Assembly (NCBI GenBank): GCA_963509815.1
Contig: CAUPCM010000005.1
Span: forward strand, 149-64,148
From: an uncultured Atopobium sp.
GTDB lineage: Bacteria > Actinomycetota > Coriobacteriia > Coriobacteriales > Atopobiaceae
Direction of reading: 5' to 3'
DNA length: 64,000 bases
Part shown: positions 59,619 to 64,000 of the stretch, piece after piece
How the letters are laid out: every line of letters begins with the position of its first letter
How positions within the stretch are numbered: the first letter of the stretch is position 1
Position numbers and translations under genes: made by a program
The notes under the pieces: model-generated
What the model was told of the DNA's origin: nothing
What the model saw: the letters and a program-made list of their open reading frames with translations, nothing else
Database searches by the model: none

Positions 59619-59661
59619 TTTGGGTACCTCCATAAATGAGCTAGAGCTCGTGGTCGTTTAC

Positions 59662-61758
59662 TTAGGATGCAGAGCCGCCGTTTTTGGCGACAATCTCTTC
59701 GCGTACAGCGTTAGGAACGGGCTCGTAAGAATCGAACTGCATGGTGTAGCTCGCGCGGCCCTGGGTCTGGGAACGAAGGTCGGTTGCGTAACCGAACATC
59801 TCACCAAGAGGCACCTTAGCGCGGATGACCTTGGCGTCCATACGATCGTCCATACCCTCAATCTTGCCACGACGGGAAGAAAGGTTGCCCATAACGTCGC
59901 CCATGTACTGCTCAGGTGTCTCAACCTCAACAGACTCAACTGGCTCGAGAAGGACTGGGTTAGACTTCTTGAGAGCATCCTTAATTGCCATAGAACCAGC
60001 AATCTTGAATGCTGCCTCGGAGGAGTCGACCTCGTGGTAAGAACCGTCAACAAGAGTGACCTTGATGTCGACTACTGGGTAACCAGCAATGACACCGTTC
60101 TCAAGAGCCTCACGAATGCCCTTATCGATAGATGGGATGTACTCCTTAGGAATAACACCACCGACGATAGCGTTGACAAACTCGTAACCCTTGCCCTCTT
60201 CCTGTGGCTCAAGGTCAATGACTGCGTGGCCATACTGACCCTTACCACCGGACTGACGGACAAACTTGCCCTCAGCGTGGCTTACTGCCTTACCAGCAGT
60301 CTCGCGGTAAGCAACCTGTGGCTTACCAACGTTGCAGTCAACCTTAAACTCACGACGGAGACGGTCAACAATAATCTCAAGATGAAGCTCGCCCATACCA
60401 GCAATGATGGTCTGGCCGGTCTCGTGATCAGTGTGAACCTGGAAGGTTGGGTCCTCTTCAGCCAGCTTAGAAAGGCCGATGGACATCTTCTCCTGCTCAG
60501 CCTTGGTCTTTGGCTCAACAGCAACGTCGATAACAGGATCTGCGAAGCTGATGGACTCAAGGATGATTGGGTTCTTCTCGTCACAAAGGGTGTCGCCAGT
60601 AGTGGTGTTCTTCAAACCAACGCATGCAACGATGTCGCCTGCGGAGCACTCATCACGGTCAACACGGTCGTTTGCGTTCATCTCAAGGATGCGGCCAAAG
60701 CGCTCACGGTTGTCCTTGACGGAGTTGTAGACGTAAGAACCTGCCTCAGCCTGACCAGAGTAAACACGAATGTAGGTAAGCTTACCAACATAAGGGTCAG
60801 TCATGATCTTGAATGCAAGAGCGGAGAATGGCTCCTTAACATCTGCGTGACGGACAGCCTCATCACCCTTAGGAGTGACGCCATCAATCTCTGGAACATC
60901 CAGAGGGCTTGGAAGGAAGTCGATGACTGCGTCCAGAAGCTCCTGGATACCCTTGTTCTTGTAAGCGGAACCAACAAAGACAGGGTTAATCTCACCAGCA
61001 AGGACGCCAGCACGAAGAGCACCCTTAAGGGTCTCAACGTCAACCTCTTCACCCTCGAGAACAGCCATCATGAGCTCCTCAGAGAAGTCAGAAGCTGCCT
61101 CAAGAAGCTCTTCACGCTTCTCAGCTGCAATCTCTACAAACTCAGCAGGAATCTCGTCGAGTGGCTCAGGGTAAATCATGCCCTTTGCATCCTCTTTGAA
61201 GTCCCATGCAGTGTTGGTGACAAGGTCGATAAGACCCCAGAAGTTGGACTCAGCGCCCATTGGGACCTGAGCTGCAATTGCGTTTGCGCCAAGGCGGTCA
61301 CGCATGGTCTGGATTGCACGGAAGAAGTCTGCGCCTACGCGGTCAAACTTGTTGATGAATGCAATACGAGGTACGCCGTACTTGGTTGCCTGACGCCAAA
61401 CGGTCTCGGACTGTGGCTGAACGCCTGCAACTGCATCGAAGACTGCAACTGCGCCGTCCAGAACACGAAGAGAACGCTCAACCTCAGCGGTAAAGTCAAC
61501 GTGGCCTGGGGTGTCGATGATCTGGATGACGTGGTCTTTCCAGAAGCAAGTGGTAGCTGCGGAAGTAATGGTTACACCGCGCTCCTGCTCCTGAACCATC
61601 CAGTCCATGGTTGCTGCACCGTCGTGGACCTCACCAATCTTGTGGGTCTTACCGGTGTAGTAAAGAATACGCTCCGTAGTGGTGGTCTTACCAGCATCGA
61701 TGTGAGCCATGATGCCGATGTTGCGGAGGTCTTTAAGATTGTACTTAGTCTTAGCCAT
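59662..61758 (-). CDS. fusA: elongation factor G
   Basis: [36 protein letters not shown] and a 698-aa five-domain architecture. Confidence 0.98.
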   Translation of the reverse strand: MAKTKYNLKDLRNIGIMAHIDAGKTTTTERILYYTGKTHKIGEVHDGAATMDWMVQEQERGVTITSAATTCFWKDHVIQIIDTPGHVDFTAEVERSLRVLDGAVAVFDAVAGVQPQSETVWRQATKYGVPRIAFINKFDRVGADFFRAIQTMRDRLGANAIAAQVPMGAESNFWGLIDLVTNTAWDFKEDAKGMIYPEPLDEIPAEFVEIAAEKREELLEAASDFSEELMMAVLEGEEVDVETLKGALRAGVLAGEINPVFVGSAYKNKGIQELLDAVIDFLPSPLDVPEIDGVTPKGDEAVRHADVKEPFSALAFKIMTDPYVGKLTYIRVYSGQAEAGSYVYNSVKDNRERFGRILEMNANDRVDRDECSAGDIVACVGLKNTTTGDTLCDEKNPIILESISFADPVIDVAVEPKTKAEQEKMSIGLSKLAEEDPTFQVHTDHETGQTIIAGMGELHLEIIVDRLRREFKVDCNVGKPQVAYRETAGKAVSHAEGKFVRQSGGKGQYGHAVIDLEPQEEGKGYEFVNAIVGGVIPKEYIPSIDKGIREALENGVIAGYPVVDIKVTLVDGSYHEVDSSEAAFKIAGSMAIKDALKKSNPVLLEPVESVEVETPEQYMGDVMGNLSSRRGKIEGMDDRMDAKVIRAKVPLGEMFGYATDLRSQTQGRASYTMQFDSYEPVPNAVREEIVAKNGGSAS

Positions 61759-61782
61759 TTGTTTGCTACTCCTGAATTCCGA

Positions 61783-62253
61783 CTAGAAGCGGTAGTGGGA
61801 GAAGGCGCGGTTGGCCTCAGCCATCTTGTACAGGTCCTCGCGGCGCTTGACAGATGCACCTACGCCGTTAGTTGCGTCGATGATCTCGTTTGCAAGACGC
61901 TCTGCCATGGTCTTCTCTTTACGGCTACGGCTGAAAGTGACCATCCAGCGGATAGCAAGAGTAGTTGCACGACGGGAGTTGACCTCCATTGGGACCTGGT
62001 ACGTAGCGCCACCAACACGCTTAGGCTTAACCTCAAGTGTTGGGCGAATGTTATCCATAGCCTTCTTGAAGACAGTGAGGGCATCCTCACCAGTCTTCTC
62101 TGCGACGATGTCAAATGCACCGTAGACAATGCGCTCTGCGGTTGCTTTCTTGCCGTCGAGAAGGACCTTGTTAATGAGCTGGGTTACCAGACGATTGTTG
62201 TAGACGGCGTCAGGCATAACCTCACGACGTACTGCTGCTGCGCGACGCGGCAT
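61783..62253 (-). CDS. rpsG: 30S ribosomal protein S7
   Basis: [36 protein letters not shown]. Confidence 0.97.
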   Translation of the reverse strand: MPRRAAAVRREVMPDAVYNNRLVTQLINKVLLDGKKATAERIVYGAFDIVAEKTGEDALTVFKKAMDNIRPTLEVKPKRVGGATYQVPMEVNSRRATTLAIRWMVTFSRSRKEKTMAERLANEIIDATNGVGASVKRREDLYKMAEANRAFSHYRF

Positions 62254-62291
62254 ATTAATCTCCTAAGAACTAGTTCGAGTAGTGGACGTGA

Positions 62292-62663
62292 TTACTTAGC
62301 ACGCTTAGTGCCGTAACGGGAACGGCCCTGAGCACGATTCTGAACTGCTGCGCAGTCGAATGCACCGCGAACAACCTTGTAACGAACACCAGGAAGGTCA
62401 CGGACACGGCCGCCACGAACCAGAACAATGGAGTGCTCCTGGAGGTTGTGGCCCTCACCAGGAATGTAAGCGGTTACCTCAATGCCATTAACAAGACGAA
62501 CACGAGCAACCTTACGGAGTGCTGAGTTAGGCTTCTTTGGCGTAGTGGTGAAAACGCGGGTGCAAACACCACGCTTCTGTGGGTTGTGCTGAAGAGCGGC
62601 GTTCTTGGACTTTGACTTGACGCTCACGCGGCCCTTACGTACGAGCTGGTTAATAGTAGGCAA
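62292..62663 (-). CDS. rpsL: 30S ribosomal protein S12
   Basis: (L)[19 protein letters not shown]...[12 protein letters not shown]...[17 protein letters not shown] start at 62663 with AAGGAG 6 nt upstream gives the canonical 123 aa; the track ORF extends to 62720. Confidence 0.95.
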   Translation of the reverse strand: MPTINQLVRKGRVSVKSKSKNAALQHNPQKRGVCTRVFTTTPKKPNSALRKVARVRLVNGIEVTAYIPGEGHNLQEHSIVLVRGGRVRDLPGVRYKVVRGAFDCAAVQNRAQGRSRYGTKRAK

Positions 62664-62752
62664 GATCTTCTCCTTCTTATACCTATCTACCTGCAGTTTT
62701 ACATATTCGAAAGGCGACACAGCACTGTCCCCTTGGAATTACGCAGGGAAGT

Positions 62753-62781
62753 ACTTTACGCTGATGAAAGCCACATGTCAA
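62753..62781 (-). promoter_or_regulatory. sigma-70-type promoter of the str operon (candidate)
   Basis: On the minus strand: TTGACA (62781-62776), a 17-nt spacer, then TAAAGT (62758-62753), about 90 nt upstream of the rpsL start. Confidence 0.55.
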
Positions 62782-62918
62782 CAAGCCACTGTGCCGGGCG
62801 TATCTATACTTCATAGAAATTACACGATGAGACAAGCATTAGTTTTAGACGAAGGAGTCTTTGTTTTCAAAAACTATAAATTTGGCGAGAAATACCTTGG
62901 TTAAGGACGACTCTAAAC

Positions 62919-63407
62919 TTAAGAGACTAACCTCAAAACAGCAATTACTTCTTCGCCATCTTTCTCGCCCGTCTCAACAAATCCGTATGAACGATAGAGA
63001 TCTCGCGCAACCTTATTGTTGGGTTCATAGGAAAGCCAACAAAACTCTGCTTTTCCGCAGGGAAAGGTGCGTATAAATTCCAACGCAAGCATGAGCGCTT
63101 CTTTACCGTATCCCCTACCTTGAAATTTTGCATCAATCATCAGGCGGCGAAGATCGTAATTATTTTGAGCTATTGCTGGAGCGTCATCCCAGCTGCTATC
63201 TGTACCAAACCCAATCATCAAAAAACCTACCGGCACGCCATCATGGTATATGCCGAAAGGAAAAATCTGGGCGTTTTCTGCCTTGGCTATATAGGCTTCG
63301 ATAAGACTTACCTCATTTCCAGCAACAAAACTTTGCTGGTCCTCGGACACCTTGAGCTTAAGAATGTCCCACACGTTTCTTCCGTTTATGTGCTGAAGAT
63401 TCACCAT
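62919..63407 (-). CDS. GNAT family N-acetyltransferase (diamine/spermidine acetyltransferase-like)
   Basis: 162 aa. LRRLMIDAKFQGRGYGKEAL (acetyl-CoA binding Q/RxxGxG/A) and ARDLYRSYGF. Confidence 0.85.
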   Translation of the reverse strand: MVNLQHINGRNVWDILKLKVSEDQQSFVAGNEVSLIEAYIAKAENAQIFPFGIYHDGVPVGFLMIGFGTDSSWDDAPAIAQNNYDLRRLMIDAKFQGRGYGKEALMLALEFIRTFPCGKAEFCWLSYEPNNKVARDLYRSYGFVETGEKDGEEVIAVLRLVS

Positions 63408-63466
63408 AAGGTATCAATCAAAAGTTCATTGCTTGTTGATATAAAAAGCGACAAACTTCTACTGTC

Positions 63467-63835
63467 CTAGTGCTGATGTGCAGCATGAGCAAGGCCGACG
63501 CTAATAAGCGTAATGACGTGATCATCTGCAAGAGAATAAATGACACGACGACCATCTCGTTTTGCAGTTACCAAACCGCGGTCACGTAAAAGACGAAGCT
63601 GGTGAGATGTAGCAGACTGAGAAACAGAAAGAAGCTCCTGCAGCTCAGTTACGCTTTTCTCGCCCAAAAGAAGAGCTCCCAAAATCTGAAAACGTGTAAA
63701 GTCAGAAAGCGCATCATAGATTTGAGTGGCATCGTAGACGATATCGTCGTTAGTGAGAAACTCATGCAGTTTTTCTTCAGTAACGCACTCGCAGATAGCG
63801 TGTGTATGCTCGCACTCGTGAGAATGGTCAGTCAT
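63467..63835 (-). CDS. ArsR/SmtB family metal-responsive transcriptional regulator
   Basis: His/Cys-rich N-terminus MTDHSHECEHTHAICEC, the wHTH ALSDFTRFQILGALLLGEKSVTELQELLSVSQSATSHQLRLLR, and a C-terminal HAAHQH. Confidence 0.88.
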   Translation of the reverse strand: MTDHSHECEHTHAICECVTEEKLHEFLTNDDIVYDATQIYDALSDFTRFQILGALLLGEKSVTELQELLSVSQSATSHQLRLLRDRGLVTAKRDGRRVIYSLADDHVITLISVGLAHAAHQH

Positions 63836-63943
63836 GGTAGTTCCTACTCTTTACAACACAAAGCTCCGCTTACACGGACTTCTCGCTAAATATTGTTTGT
63901 AACGCACCTTAGTATATACCGACTCCGCGTCGCGGGAGCCTAT

Positions 63944-63980
63944 AAAAAGAGGACTCCAGCTAACGGCTGAAGTCCTCTTC
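63944..63980 (-). terminator. intrinsic terminator for a minus-strand gene lying beyond the window end
   Basis: On the minus strand: aagaggact-tcagccgttagctgg-agtcctctt followed by tttat. Confidence 0.5.
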
Positions 63981-64000
63981 TGTATCGGATTCAATATCCG

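Noticed and set aside
59587-62316. 909-aa ORF on the + strand, antisense to fusA, rpsG and the spacer between them.
   Set aside because: It lies entirely opposite genes of certain identity. Highly expressed genes avoid TTA, CTA and TCA codons, which removes stop codons from the in-register antisense frame. The product is low-complexity (Leu/Val/Asn-rich), and there is no RBS or promoter context.

Overview
This is a chromosomal segment from a moderate-GC Gram-positive bacterium. The protein sequences and gene order fit a Coriobacteriia or Atopobiaceae-type actinobacterium best; that assignment is inference, since no search was run. About 85% of the window is coding and most genes are on the minus strand.

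Layout:
- 1-16.7 kb, housekeeping genes: a partial aminotransferase, nhaA, a DegV protein, rnhA, polA, type III glutamine synthetase, an orphan solute-binding protein, mntP, a Zn-phospholipase-C-like protein, an ArsC/Spx-family protein and ligA.
- 16.7-26.8 kb, envelope and accessory block: a 1014-aa three-domain glycosyltransferase, an ABC ATPase with a 1113-aa FtsX-type permease carrying a coiled coil of about 295 aa, a membrane protein with an Ala/Pro-rich tail, and a DJ-1 / Y-family polymerase / YolD-like operon.
- 26.9-33.7 kb: an orphan PTS EIIA, an Fe-alcohol dehydrogenase, a second DegV, a DMT transporter, and nrdDG with two NrdR boxes.
- 34.1-38.4 kb: three GT2 glycosyltransferases and a divergent LCP-like protein.
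- 38.5-62.7 kb: truA, ecfT, a fused ecfA, then the alpha, spc, S10 and str ribosomal-protein operons (rplQ through rpsL).
- 62.9-63.8 kb: a GNAT acetyltransferase and an ArsR/SmtB regulator.

I recognised no rRNA, tRNA, CRISPR array, transposase, integrase or known defence gene.

The most unusual signals are non-coding:
1. The S10 operon is split between rpsJ and rplC by about 1.4 kb. The insert carries an LMW protein-tyrosine-phosphatase gene bracketed by a perfect 14-bp inverted repeat. Upstream of that gene sits an array of five helically phased copies of the bipartite motif ATCCAAAA-N9-TTATGTG.
2. The word GGCGAGAA (extended form TGGCGAGAAACCC, six perfect copies) is strongly over-represented and builds small hairpins in many intergenic regions.
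3. A 485-bp non-coding element bounded by terminal inverted repeats lies at 13.4-13.9 kb.
4. Terminator-like and multi-hairpin spacers occur inside the ribosomal operons.

All coordinates and motif counts were read by eye from the sequence. No database search was run.
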